The notes below the pieces were generated by a model. That model saw nothing but the letters and a program-made list of their open reading frames with translations. It had not been told where the DNA came from and did no database searches. From an uncultured Alphaproteobacteria bacterium (GTDB taxonomy: Bacteria > Pseudomonadota > Alphaproteobacteria > Rs-D84), in contig CALXPB010000002.1 of the NCBI GenBank assembly GCA_944390225.1, forward strand, positions 63,650-127,649: 64,000 bases of DNA, read 5' to 3'. The position numbers and the translations under genes were made by a program. The first letter of the stretch is position 1; each line of letters starts with the position of its first letter. This document shows positions 44,272 through 54,255 of the stretch, piece after piece.

Positions 44272-44622
44272 ATGAAAAAGGTTTTGTTTCTAGTTTTCGG
44301 GTTGTTTTTATCTGCTTGCAGTGGAGATGACTTAAATATAGAAGGTAAATGGGTAGAACCAGTACCAAATATGCCGGAAATAAAGCAAGGTTTTGATTTA
44401 GAGCAGGGTGGTAAAGCAACATCCATAGGTATGGCAACTTTGCAATATAACGGCTGGGAAGTAAAAGACGGTGTTTTGATACTTAAAGGTAAAAGTATAG
44501 GAAATCATCAGATAATAGAATTTACAGAAAAATATGAAATAGCAAGTGTAGATGAAAATAAACTTGTCTTGAAAAACGGCGACTATGTTCGTGAATTTAT
44601 AAAATGTACGGATTGCGAGTAA
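44272..44622 (+). CDS. small lipoprotein
   Basis: Lipobox LFLSAC. AAAGGGG lies upstream of the ATG at 44272. Confidence 0.6.
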   Translation: MKKVLFLVFGLFLSACSGDDLNIEGKWVEPVPNMPEIKQGFDLEQGGKATSIGMATLQYNGWEVKDGVLILKGKSIGNHQIIEFTEKYEIASVDENKLVLKNGDYVREFIKCTDCE

Positions 44623-44631
44623 TTTATAATA

Positions 44632-45201
44632 ATGGAAGATGTTTTTATAAACGATTTAAATAAATTGCACAAAGAAATACGTGATTGTAATAAATGTGCT
44701 TATCGTGATATATGTTCGCCTACATATACTTATGTTGGTAAAGATAACAGAATTTTAATTCTGGGAGAATCTCCTGCTAAAAACGGTTGGCGAATTAGTG
44801 GAAAGGCTTGGTATGAACCATCGGGAAAAATCACTGCAACAGGGAAAATTTTAAAAACTTTGTTATCTGAAATAGGTCTGGTGTTAGAAGACTTATCGTT
44901 TACAGAGGCTGTAAAATGTACACCTAAATCGCCAAAATTTTTAAAAGACTGTGGTCAAAATTGTTATCCTTTTTTAAAAAGACAAATAGAAATTTTAAAA
45001 CCGAAAATAATAATTACTCTTGGGGTGAGGGCGACAGAATTAGTTTTACCAAAATTTAAAAAATTTTCAGATGTTGTCGGTAAAATTCATAAAACAGACT
45101 CTGGTTTTATAATACCGATATATCATCCATCTCCGATATCACCCGTTGGCTATAAATTAAATGTGCCTATCATGCAGACGATAAAAGACCTTTTAATTTA
45201 A
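44632..45201 (+). CDS. uracil-DNA glycosylase superfamily protein (family 4/5-like)
   Basis: Motif A-like ILILGESPAKNGW, motif B-like IYHPSPIS, and N-terminal Cys residues (CNKCAYRDIC). Confidence 0.6.
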   Translation: MEDVFINDLNKLHKEIRDCNKCAYRDICSPTYTYVGKDNRILILGESPAKNGWRISGKAWYEPSGKITATGKILKTLLSEIGLVLEDLSFTEAVKCTPKSPKFLKDCGQNCYPFLKRQIEILKPKIIITLGVRATELVLPKFKKFSDVVGKIHKTDSGFIIPIYHPSPISPVGYKLNVPIMQTIKDLLI

Positions 45202-45265
45202 ATGACTATATTTTGTTGTGTGTTTGAACTATTTTTCTTAGAGTTTATATCTGGTAACAAATTAA

Positions 45266-45292
45266 ATAAAACACCCCGAAAGGGGTGTTTTT
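45266..45292. terminator. bidirectional terminator (UDG-like gene / 1056-aa gene)
   Basis: ACACCCC, loop GAAA, GGGGTGT, flanked by an A-run and a T-run. Confidence 0.65.
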
Positions 45293-48200
45293 AACGTTCT
45301 GCATCATTTATGTTATATATGTTTCTTTCTTTTTGTTTTTTCGATTTTATTTTGTTTACTCCTTTTGAAAAATCTGACTTTTTAGAATAATCAGGATGCA
45401 GTGGAACAGGATCATAATATTCTATATCTGATTCATCTATTGTCAGGTCCATAATTAAAGCATTTATCCGTTCTTCTTCGGCTTTTAAAGATTTTAAATC
45501 GTGTTTGTTTACGTTATTAATATGAGCATTCATATAATCTAAACGTTTTTGTACAGAGTTTAATTCTTTAATGGCTTTATTTAGATTATCTCTACGAATT
45601 GCATCTTGTTTCGCCAGTTCTAGTTCTTCGTCAGTTGGTCTGCCAAGCAAGTTTAACAGTGTATCCAATTTTTGCTGTAATGTTTTTTGCTTGCGCCACA
45701 TATCTTCTGCTATTTTTTTACCTTTATTTCGTTCGCGTTTTTCTTGTATATCTTTTATTTGTTCTGGTATTAAATTTAAATTGTTTGCTTGTGCACGTGT
45801 AATACGTAAAATACGTTTCTTTTTATGCTCTGGTAAAAATTTTGTATCGTCAACGTGCGGCGGTAAAAATTTTGTGTCGTCAACGTGCGGAGGTAATATT
45901 TTATCGTCTTGATACGGGTTTATCGGATCTGGTTTAGGTTCATCTCTTTTTTTACTTTTTATTATTCTATCCAAAAGAGCACCTGCACGTTCTTTAAATT
46001 TTTTTGCCTTTTCTTTTACATTGTTATAAATACCGAACATACCCATCGTCCAAGGTACGTTTACTGGTTTATAAGTCTCTATATCTATTGTTTCATCATT
46101 AAAAACAGTCGTTGTTTTTGTTGTAAAAGGGCTTTTCCCGTCGGCGTATACATTGTGAACAGGTGTACCATTCGCATCAACAGTGTTCTGGGGTAATATA
46201 CCATCATAGTGTGGTGTATCACCAATAGATACGGCACCAACCTCATTAATAGCCGATACGTGTGGGTCTATTTTCATTGCTGCTTGGATGCCTTCTGGAT
46301 TGATGCCGTTTGATGTAAATAGGTTTTTCAAATTAGAAATATCATTCATTGAAAAACCGTTGTCAATAGCCCACTGACGTGTTAAAACGGTGTGATAACC
46401 ATTTGTATATTCAACTCCACCCCCATCAACGTGTAGTGCCATATTGTTCGGAACGTGTGCACCAGCGTCAGCATTTAGTACTATGGCACGATATGGATCT
46501 ATATTAGTGCCGTTTGATGCATTAAATTCTTTTATCATTTCTACACGTTGTTGCAATAATTCCGGATTATCTTGATACCACATTTTAGCGATACGTTCCG
46601 CGTTATTTAGGGCTTCAGAGGTATAAATTGTTTCCGTTTTTGTTTCTTGTGTTGTTATTGTTTCTTGTTTTATTTCTTTGGTTTGAAAAATTGTATTTTC
46701 AGGGTTTTTTTGGTTAAATGCGTTTATCCCTGCGTTTGCAACAGTGCGTCCTGAGATACCACCGATGACAACGGCTGCCGCATTTGCGATAGCCCAAGAC
46801 AAAGATTCTGCATTTGAAAAACCTGATGTTTTGGCGGATTTATACATTTGTATTGTATTTTTCGTACCACCTAAAGCCAGTGCTCCAAAACCAAGCAATG
46901 AAGCTGCCTGAGTTATACCAGCAGCGCCAAATATCATTGCTATAGATGCGATCGCTGTTGTACCCAATGTTGTCAACATATTTTTATCTTTAAGTAATTC
47001 AGATAAGGTTGCCGGTTTTCCTGCTTCTTGTTGTCTTTTTCTCCATTTATGTATTTGCAGAGCACCCATTGAAATACCTGTGATGACACCGATTGTTGCA
47101 ACGGCAACAGCAACACTAATTCCAGCAGTTGCGGCCGCAGCAGTTGCAACTACTGTTATCGCCGCACTAAACAAAAATGCACTGCCAAAACTTTTTAAAA
47201 TTTTAAGAAAGAAATCAATTCTTTTTTTACGTAATGATTCTCTATCTCCATTTTCACCACGATCTTTTGCTCGCTTGTCTATATCGCGTATAGGAGCAAA
47301 GATTTTTTTTGCAAAATTTGATATTTTATTTTTTGATTCACCAAATTTACCTTTTATACGGTTTACAAAACCTGCAATTTGGTTTACTTGATTGTCAATA
47401 GCAGATTGATATCCGTTGTCTGTTATATTGCCACCGTTCTCAGATAAATTTTTTTTGAATTGTTCTAAAAACTCAGGGCGCGTAAATTGTTCTGGATTTT
47501 CTTTTGCGCCTTGCATAACTTTGTCTACAGTGTCAATTTCAAACAATTTTAGCATTAATTGTTCGTCTAGTTCTTTTTGATAATCTTTTTCGTTCTTGGA
47601 ACCATCATATGTAGAACAATCATGCATGATTATGTCTTGTCGAGCCAAATCTATTACACGTTGCAAACGACCTTGTTTATCTAAACTATACCCTTCTTTG
47701 AAATCTTCTTGTGCGTTTCCTTTTTTATCTATGAATTGTGGGATTTTTTTGTTTTCTTTATCCAAGAATTTATATTTCGCCGCTTCTTTTAATGTAGCAT
47801 CAGAAACAGGTACATTATTTATTAAGTCAGATAATTTATCCCAATTTTTTTCAAGTTTTTCTGGTTTTATATCATTAATATCAGATATTCCCCATTTATC
47901 ATCATATGTACTAATAAGTTCTTCCAATCGTGTCAAATTATTGCGAATTTGTTGTTGTTGTACAGATGATGTAATATCTGGTATTCTAACCTCAAACATC
48001 TTTTTATATCCATCATAAACATCAGCAATATTAGATGGATCGCCATAATAAAAACCAATATTTGTATTAAAATTTTCAGATAAATTATCAATACGTTCAG
48101 TTATTATCTGAAGATTATTTTTTATTTCTGTATTATCTGGTGACTCGTTGAGTTGTTTTTTTAATTCTGTGTATGCATAAGCCAATGTTGATGGCGGTAC

Positions 48201-48461
48201 CATAGCCAATAAATAGGGGTTATTTAAAATTTTATTTACAAAAAGTGTTGAAAAATTTCTTTGTTGTTCTTCGGTTAATTCAGGAATAGTTTGTAAGACC
48301 TCAATGGTTTGTTCTGGATCAGATGCATCGTGTTGTTCTTGGGTGATAAGCCCCATTTCTAAAAACACATCAACAGCCAAACGATCTAATATATACTGAT
48401 TTTCATCTGAATAATTAGATCTTACACGGGAATCTGTATGTAAATCAGTTGCTGTAATCAT
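45291..48461 (-). CDS. large hypothetical protein with central Ala/Gly-rich hydrophobic segments and a coiled-coil tail
   Basis: A 1056-aa ORF with an AAGGAT SD. Hydrophobic blocks include FGSAFLFSAAITVVATAAAATAGISVAVAVATIGVITGISMGAL and LTTLGTTAIASIAMIFGAAGITQAASLLGFGALALGG. There is a tandem PPHVDDTKFL repeat. I recognise no family. Confidence 0.6.
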   Translation of the reverse strand: MITATDLHTDSRVRSNYSDENQYILDRLAVDVFLEMGLITQEQHDASDPEQTIEVLQTIPELTEEQQRNFSTLFVNKILNNPYLLAMVPPSTLAYAYTELKKQLNESPDNTEIKNNLQIITERIDNLSENFNTNIGFYYGDPSNIADVYDGYKKMFEVRIPDITSSVQQQQIRNNLTRLEELISTYDDKWGISDINDIKPEKLEKNWDKLSDLINNVPVSDATLKEAAKYKFLDKENKKIPQFIDKKGNAQEDFKEGYSLDKQGRLQRVIDLARQDIIMHDCSTYDGSKNEKDYQKELDEQLMLKLFEIDTVDKVMQGAKENPEQFTRPEFLEQFKKNLSENGGNITDNGYQSAIDNQVNQIAGFVNRIKGKFGESKNKISNFAKKIFAPIRDIDKRAKDRGENGDRESLRKKRIDFFLKILKSFGSAFLFSAAITVVATAAAATAGISVAVAVATIGVITGISMGALQIHKWRKRQQEAGKPATLSELLKDKNMLTTLGTTAIASIAMIFGAAGITQAASLLGFGALALGGTKNTIQMYKSAKTSGFSNAESLSWAIANAAAVVIGGISGRTVANAGINAFNQKNPENTIFQTKEIKQETITTQETKTETIYTSEALNNAERIAKMWYQDNPELLQQRVEMIKEFNASNGTNIDPYRAIVLNADAGAHVPNNMALHVDGGGVEYTNGYHTVLTRQWAIDNGFSMNDISNLKNLFTSNGINPEGIQAAMKIDPHVSAINEVGAVSIGDTPHYDGILPQNTVDANGTPVHNVYADGKSPFTTKTTTVFNDETIDIETYKPVNVPWTMGMFGIYNNVKEKAKKFKERAGALLDRIIKSKKRDEPKPDPINPYQDDKILPPHVDDTKFLPPHVDDTKFLPEHKKKRILRITRAQANNLNLIPEQIKDIQEKRERNKGKKIAEDMWRKQKTLQQKLDTLLNLLGRPTDEELELAKQDAIRRDNLNKAIKELNSVQKRLDYMNAHINNVNKHDLKSLKAEEERINALIMDLTIDESDIEYYDPVPLHPDYSKKSDFSKGVNKIKSKKQKERNIYNINDAER

Positions 48462-48679
48462 TTAATAATCCTTTTTTATATTATTTATTACTTAATGATT
48501 ATATCATATTTAACGGTAAAAAAAGTTTTTTGTATAGGGGCAGGTGCGGGTTTATGTTTGAGACTAAATGTATAGTTTTTTTACTTGTTTTTTGTCTTTA
48601 ATGTTTTGAGAAAGGGTAAACATATCCTAGATAACAAACGATTAAACAAAAAACACCTCTAAAATAGAGATGTTTTTTG

Positions 48680-48706
48680 TTTAACTGGTTGCGGGGAATG
48701 GATTTG
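48680..48706. repeat. 27-nt direct repeat of the tRNA-fMet 3' end plus 6 nt of flank (att-like scar)
   Basis: TTTAACTGGTTGCGGGGAATGGATTTG at 48680-48706 is identical to 48848-48874, which overlaps the 3' end of the intact tRNA. Confidence 0.9.
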
Positions 48707-48853
48707 CTTTGCCACCTTGAAACTTTTGCCGTTGCAAACCGGCGTCCTGGCGTCCGCCTAGTTTCTGCGGTTGAACCACCTTCATCAGCGGTTCAAATCC
48801 AGCAACACACTAAAATAAAAAACACCCCTTTGCAGGGGCGTTTTTCATTTAAC

Positions 48854-48930
<77 letters not shown>

Positions 48931-48946
48931 ATACAAAACTTCGCTT

Positions 48947-48974
48947 ATTATACCTTTTCTCCACAATTTGTCAA
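48947..48974 (-). promoter_or_regulatory. sigma70 promoter of tRNA-fMet
   Basis: On the minus strand: TTGACA (48974-48969), 16-nt spacer, TATAAT (48952-48947). Confidence 0.6.
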
Positions 48975-49084
48975 GTTTTTTGTGCCATCTTTTACTTCTT
49001 TTGTCGGATTTTATCCCTATCTGCCTTGAAATATCTTTTTTTTATTGCTAAAATCTTTCATAATTTACAAAAGAGTCGGTAATA

Positions 49085-49873
49085 ATGTATAAAACTTTTA
49101 GAAAATTATGGAAAAAATTCTGGGAACCTATCTTGCGTCTGTCTTTCTTTCAGTGGTTTCTTGCTGGACTTATGGCTTTGGCAATATGGTTTGTCTATTT
49201 TACTTGCAGAAAAAAAATTAAAAATTGGGAAATTTTTAAAAAATATCGTAAAAAACCCGCTATATTCATATTTTGGCACGGACGCAGTATGATGCTTTCC
49301 CCAATCGTTTGTTTGGGGGGAATGCGCGCTTATGCCGTTGCTTCAAAACATAAAGACGGCAGAATGATGGCTAAATTACAACGACTTTTCGGTTTAAAGT
49401 CCATTTATGGTAGTACTTCTGATGGGGGAATCTCTGTCCTACGTCAGGGTGTTCGGGTTCTTAGACAAGGTGATCATTCTATGTGTATGTCGCCTGACGG
49501 CCCTGGTGGACCGTCTTTGCGCGTGCAAGACGGAGCACTATATTTTGCTAAAATGACTGGGGCTCCTATCATCCCTGTTTGCTTCTCGTCTTCGGGTGCA
49601 TGGTTCCAAAATAGGTGGGATAGGTATTTAGTCGCATTACCTTTTTCTAAAATAACCTGTAATATTGAAAAGCCTATATTTATTGATGCAAAAGTTAGTC
49701 AGGAAGATTTTGAAAAAATTCGAAAGAATATAGAAGATATAATGGTAAAACAAGTCCGAGATATGGACGGAATGTTTAACCTTTTTAAAGTAGAACAAGA
49801 CTTAACCGCAAGCGAATTTAAAAAAACACAACGAGAGAAAAAAGAAAACGCAAAAAAATATAAAAAGGTTTAA
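49085..49873 (+). CDS. DUF374-family (lysophospholipid acyltransferase-like) protein
   Basis: FWHGRSMML...ASKHKDGRMMA...GSTSDGG...SPDGPGGP...GAPIIPV fits the DUF374 pattern. This family is commonly linked to waaA/lpxK. Confidence 0.65.
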   Translation: MYKTFRKLWKKFWEPILRLSFFQWFLAGLMALAIWFVYFTCRKKIKNWEIFKKYRKKPAIFIFWHGRSMMLSPIVCLGGMRAYAVASKHKDGRMMAKLQRLFGLKSIYGSTSDGGISVLRQGVRVLRQGDHSMCMSPDGPGGPSLRVQDGALYFAKMTGAPIIPVCFSSSGAWFQNRWDRYLVALPFSKITCNIEKPIFIDAKVSQEDFEKIRKNIEDIMVKQVRDMDGMFNLFKVEQDLTASEFKKTQREKKENAKKYKKV

Positions 49874-49874
49874 T

Positions 49875-50777
49875 ATGAAAACTCCGTGGTGGTTTTTGCA
49901 TAAGACTCCGTTGGCAATTTTATTGCTTCCAGTATCTTTTATTTATTATTTCTTCGGGCGAATAGTATATTTCTTTCGAAAAATTAAAGCGTATAAGTCA
50001 AGAAGACCTATTATCTGTATCGGTAATATTTTAGCCGGAGGAGTCGGAAAAACGCCGATTGTTCGTGCCGTCGCAAGTTTTTTAGATGCACCTGTTGTTA
50101 TGCGCGGATATAAAAAAAGTGCAAAAACTGGCAATATAGGCGATGAAGCGATAATGCTGATGCGAGACGGTTTGCAAGTACATGTGGGGAATAGAAAAAG
50201 TAATATTGTTTTACTTGATAAACAGTTAAATGAAAACGGCCCCATAGTAATGGATGATGGTTTTCAAAACCCGAAAATAAAAAAAGATATATCCGTTTTA
50301 GTTTTTGATGAAGCACTGGGATACGGTAACGGTTTTCTTTTACCTTCTGGACCTTTGCGAGAGCCTAAAAGAGCAGTTAAACGTGCAAATGCAATTATTA
50401 TTATTCGTAATAAAAAAGCACGTAAGAATTTTTCTGTGCCAAAGAATATCCCAGTGTTTTATGCATATACAAAAATATTTTCTCCGTATGAATCAAATCA
50501 GAAGTTGTTTGCTTTTTCGGGTATAGGGTATCCGAAAAAATTTTTTAAATCTTTAAATAATGTCGTTGCAAAAAAGTCCTTTCCTGATCATTACCAGTAT
50601 ACAGACAAGGATTTGGAAGGTTTGATAGAGTCTGCACAACATAAAAATGCTGAACTTATAACGACAGAGAAAGATTGGGTACGACTGCCAGACTGGGCAA
50701 AAGATAAAATAAAATACGCCAAATTAGAAATGAATATAGATATAAGCTTTTTTGATTGGTTAAAGGAGAATGTTTAA
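49875..50777 (+). CDS. lpxK: tetraacyldisaccharide 4'-kinase
   Basis: N-terminal TM helix, P-loop GNILAGGVGKTP, and MDDGFQN. Confidence 0.85.
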   Translation: MKTPWWFLHKTPLAILLLPVSFIYYFFGRIVYFFRKIKAYKSRRPIICIGNILAGGVGKTPIVRAVASFLDAPVVMRGYKKSAKTGNIGDEAIMLMRDGLQVHVGNRKSNIVLLDKQLNENGPIVMDDGFQNPKIKKDISVLVFDEALGYGNGFLLPSGPLREPKRAVKRANAIIIIRNKKARKNFSVPKNIPVFYAYTKIFSPYESNQKLFAFSGIGYPKKFFKSLNNVVAKKSFPDHYQYTDKDLEGLIESAQHKNAELITTEKDWVRLPDWAKDKIKYAKLEMNIDISFFDWLKENV

Positions 50778-51706
50778 TGGGTACCTTGAAAAAACCGGTT
50801 TTTATACAAGGTAAAGGAATTCATTCGGGCTTGCCCGTTAATATGACGATAAAGCCTTCTAAAAAACACGGTATCTTTTTTCGTAGAATAGATTTAAATA
50901 GTAAAAATTTAATACCTGCTAGGTTTGATAATGTCGGTGATACCAGAATGCGTAATACAACAATAGGTAATACAAAAGAAGCACATGTTCAAACAATAGA
51001 ACATTTAATGGCTGCTTTATTTATAGCCGGTGTCGATAGAGCTGTAATAGATATAGATGGAAAAGAAACTCCTATTTTAGATGGCAGTGCCGCACAATTT
51101 TATGATGCTATTATGAAGGCTGGTATTACGTCTGGCAAATTAAAAAAGATAATTGTTAAAAAAGAAATTATTGCAAAAGCGTCGGAATTGTTAAAAGAAC
51201 TTTCTTTCGGTGCACGTATAAAATTATTTCTTTTTAATTTAGTTTCGGGAAGAAAAAGTAATGGTTTTGTGAAATTAAGTCCTGCAAAAAGAGGTTTACA
51301 GATAACTGCTACTTTGATTTATCCGGAAAAAATAATTGGTAAACAAACCTTTTCTTATGAATTTGATGATAATAAAAAGTCGGTTCAGAATTTTATAAAA
51401 GAAATATCACAGGCTCGTACTTTCGGAAAAATTTCTGAATGGGAATATTTAAAGGCTCGCGGGATGGGACGCGGAGCAGACGAAACGAATGTAATCGCTT
51501 TGAATGATAAAGGTGATGGGACTATTAACCGAGTTTTATGGCCAGATGAATTTGTAAGGCATAAAATCATAGATGTTATCGGTGATATGTTTACAAGTGG
51601 TGGGTTTGTCGTCGGAAAAGTAGAATCTTTTAAAGGAAGTCATGCTCTTAATAATCTTGTATTGAAAAAACTGTTTAGTGATAAGAATAATTATGATATA
51701 ATATAA
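50777..51706 (+). CDS. lpxC: UDP-3-O-acyl-N-acetylglucosamine deacetylase
   Basis: TLKKPVFIQGKGIHSG, HVQTIEHLMAAL and EFVRHKIIDVIGD. The ATG at 50777 overlaps the lpxK stop (TAATG) and has an AAGGAG SD. Confidence 0.9.
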   Translation: MGTLKKPVFIQGKGIHSGLPVNMTIKPSKKHGIFFRRIDLNSKNLIPARFDNVGDTRMRNTTIGNTKEAHVQTIEHLMAALFIAGVDRAVIDIDGKETPILDGSAAQFYDAIMKAGITSGKLKKIIVKKEIIAKASELLKELSFGARIKLFLFNLVSGRKSNGFVKLSPAKRGLQITATLIYPEKIIGKQTFSYEFDDNKKSVQNFIKEISQARTFGKISEWEYLKARGMGRGADETNVIALNDKGDGTINRVLWPDEFVRHKIIDVIGDMFTSGGFVVGKVESFKGSHALNNLVLKKLFSDKNNYDII

Positions 51707-51727
51707 ATGTAATAAAAAAGGAAGGAT

Positions 51728-52171
51728 ATGAAAAAAGCATTATCATTTTGTTCTTTACTTCTGTTGCTCGGTGCGTGCGGTAACATGATAAAAAATGAAA
51801 ACGGCAGCGAATATCTGACTCAGTTGGATGCGGAACCAATCGGTTGTACGTTTTTATATAAAATAGAATCAGAAGTCTCTGTATATGACGCAGATGATGC
51901 ACGTAGGTATTTAGAAAATAAGATTGCGGACCAAGCTCGTCCAGGTAATGCGTATTGGATAACCAGTCAACGTACTCGCCCAAACGAATGGGTCATATTC
52001 GGTCCGGAACGTTCGTTTGTATTGGTTGCAAATGTATATGACTGTCCGCATCCGCGCAGTGTTCGTACCGCAAAAGATGGTGGTAGCAGTGTAACAGCAA
52101 CACCTGTAATCATAGAACATAAAGTAAATTGTGACGGCGGTATGTACGGAAGTCAGGCGTCTGGATGTTAA
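51728..52171 (+). CDS. lipoprotein (possibly DUF4156-like)
   Basis: Lipobox LLLGAC. A long hairpin (ATTGCCCGTTAA/TTGACGGGCAAT, about 52191-52220) lies downstream. Confidence 0.5.
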   Translation: MKKALSFCSLLLLLGACGNMIKNENGSEYLTQLDAEPIGCTFLYKIESEVSVYDADDARRYLENKIADQARPGNAYWITSQRTRPNEWVIFGPERSFVLVANVYDCPHPRSVRTAKDGGSSVTATPVIIEHKVNCDGGMYGSQASGC

Positions 52172-52295
52172 AGTATGATTCAGAAAAATATATTGCCCGT
52201 TAATTTTTATTGACGGGCAATTTACTTCTTATTCTATGTTTGCTTTAACGTATGTTTTTATGCTATAATTATTTAAAGCGTTATAGAGAGAGAAA

Positions 52296-53558
52296 TTGAC
52301 TAGTCAAGTAATAACTGTTAATAGAAAGAAATATGCCGTTGGTTTGTTCTGGCAGCCTACGGGGGCAGGGCATTTAGCACGTTCTTATGCCAAGGTATTG
52401 GCGCGTAGTATTGATAAAAAATTAAATTTATTTACAGAATATCGTACTATGGTCGGGTTGGGTGCTAAAAAGTCGGGGCATCGTGTCGGTATGGAAAGTA
52501 TGGCAGCGGCGGTTACAGATGCTTTGACCGAATATAGTTCTTTTTTAGCGGTTTTTATTGTTGATAAGTTTTTCTTTTTAATCGCTGTTCGTAACGGAAT
52601 AATACTGGAAGATAAACTTTTTGAAAACGAAGAAGATGCCAGAGCAGAATATTTTAAACTTTCAGAAATACCAGACTGGAATGCTTTATTCGCACCAAGT
52701 ACTTGGGGTATGCCACGCGCTGTTGAACGTAATATTTCTGATTTAATAATAAATACACCTCGTTCTTTATTGCGACCGATAAGCCGTGTAAGTACTGGGA
52801 TAATGTCGGTTGTTTTATTGGTCGCGTTTTGTTTAAGTATCGGCTATTTATTTCGTGAACCTATAAATCAAATTGTTAATTCTCAGCCTAAACTTGAACA
52901 GGTAGATCCAGAACTGGCCGCAGAATATCAAAAGCAGGTGGAAGAAAAAAATAAAGAACTGGACGCAGAATTTAATATACAAAAAGCACCGCAACCAGAA
53001 CCGTTGGTAATGCCGTATGATTATTTACCTGATCCAATGGAAAGAGCAGAAATTTGTTATCAGGCAATGGGGTTTGTAATGCAACCTGTATTGGGATGGA
53101 ATCAATCTTCTGTTGAGTGCGGTGAAACACATGCAGGTGCTTGGTTCGTGCGAAATTTTGGAACTCTGGGAGATTTTTATAATTTTGCTACCGAACTTAT
53201 GCCAAGGGCTTTTGTACAAGAGGAATCTGAAAATTCTTTATATGTTCGTGTAAAATTACCTGCAATAAATACTTATGCGTCATTAGATGAACGTGATGTA
53301 GATACTGTTATGCGTGAAGTAACAACCGCTTTTCAATCAATAGATTCAAGTTTTGATATGGAGGCGGTCGTCGATACTTTAACAAATGGGGTCGATACTG
53401 CTTATATAAACGTTATAGAAATTTCTGCGGATTCAAAGTTAGTGCCTATGCAATTTATGAAAATATTTGAAAATTTCGACGGCGTGTATATGACACGGTG
53501 CAGTTGGAATGTATCAACGCGAACATGGAACTATGAGGTGATAATCTATGTCAAATAA
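52296..53558 (+). CDS. bitopic pilus-assembly protein, PilO-like of type IVb (R64/PAPI-1-type) pili (tentative)
   Basis: TTG start after GAGAGAG. An N-terminal cytoplasmic domain (RKKYAVGLFWQP), one TM helix (GIMSVVLLVAFCLSIGYLF), then a periplasmic domain. The call rests mostly on gene order upstream of the PilP-like, ATPase and platform genes. Confidence 0.35.
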   Translation: MTSQVITVNRKKYAVGLFWQPTGAGHLARSYAKVLARSIDKKLNLFTEYRTMVGLGAKKSGHRVGMESMAAAVTDALTEYSSFLAVFIVDKFFFLIAVRNGIILEDKLFENEEDARAEYFKLSEIPDWNALFAPSTWGMPRAVERNISDLIINTPRSLLRPISRVSTGIMSVVLLVAFCLSIGYLFREPINQIVNSQPKLEQVDPELAAEYQKQVEEKNKELDAEFNIQKAPQPEPLVMPYDYLPDPMERAEICYQAMGFVMQPVLGWNQSSVECGETHAGAWFVRNFGTLGDFYNFATELMPRAFVQEESENSLYVRVKLPAINTYASLDERDVDTVMREVTTAFQSIDSSFDMEAVVDTLTNGVDTAYINVIEISADSKLVPMQFMKIFENFDGVYMTRCSWNVSTRTWNYEVIIYVK

Positions 53559-54237
53559 TAAAAAAACATTTTCAATGCTTATTATGATCGCAAGTGTTTT
53601 TGCAATCTTTTCTGTACCTGCGTTCTGTCAAGAAAGCAACGTTGATGAGGATTTAGAAAATATGTCAGCAGAAGAGGTCGCCGCTTATAATATTGAGGGG
53701 TCTTTGTTTGAACAGATTACTACATTGGAACAGGAAAAGGTATTGATGCAGTTGGAAAAAGAAAGAGCACAACTGGATTTGGAACTGGATAGGTTGGCAG
53801 CGGAAAAAATAAAATTACACATGGAAATAGATAGCCTGTCAGGTCGTGCAGAACAACAACAGCAAGAACTACAAAACGCACAGGCTAAATTAGAAGCGGA
53901 AGCCGCAAAACTGGAACGCGAGAAAGAGGCGTTGGCGGCAGAAGCAGACGCACTTGCTAATCGTACAAGTTCTTATAATAATTCTTATTCTTATGAAGAT
54001 TCTGAATCAGAAAATATTGTGGATATCGCAAATGATTATAGACTGGTAAACGTTTTTGGGGCAGGTTCTCAATTGCAGGCAACAATAAAAAATCTTAATA
54101 CCGGTCAAGATAAACGTATAAGTGTCGGTAAAGTCGTTGACGGGTATACCGTAAAATCAATATCAATAGACGATGGTATTGTGTTCGTAAAAGATGGTCA
54201 GACACAGACATTAAATGTTGCCAGTAATGCAAAATAA
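53548..54237 (+). CDS. PilP/GspC-HR-like pilus assembly protein with long coiled coil
   Basis: Signal/anchor segment, a coiled coil (EQEKVLMQLEKERAQLDLELDRL...), and a C-terminal beta domain YRLVNVFGAGSQLQATIKNLNTGQDKRISVGKVVDGYTVKSISIDDGIVFVKDG. Confidence 0.45.
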   Translation: MSNNKKTFSMLIMIASVFAIFSVPAFCQESNVDEDLENMSAEEVAAYNIEGSLFEQITTLEQEKVLMQLEKERAQLDLELDRLAAEKIKLHMEIDSLSGRAEQQQQELQNAQAKLEAEAAKLEREKEALAAEADALANRTSSYNNSYSYEDSESENIVDIANDYRLVNVFGAGSQLQATIKNLNTGQDKRISVGKVVDGYTVKSISIDDGIVFVKDGQTQTLNVASNAK

Positions 54238-54255
54238 AATAGGTTAAAAGTAAAA

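Noticed and set aside
33716-48461. A complete conjugative element or T4SS island
   Set aside because: Only virB3 and virB4 are present. No relaxase, coupling protein, VirB6/8/9/10/11, integrase or oriT-like feature was seen.
48707-48847. The GC-rich insert next to tRNA-fMet as SRP (4.5S) RNA, tmRNA piece or a second tRNA
   Set aside because: There is no GGAA-tetraloop/symmetric-loop SRP domain IV motif and no alanine-type acceptor or tag ORF. I could not fold a complete cloverleaf on either strand.
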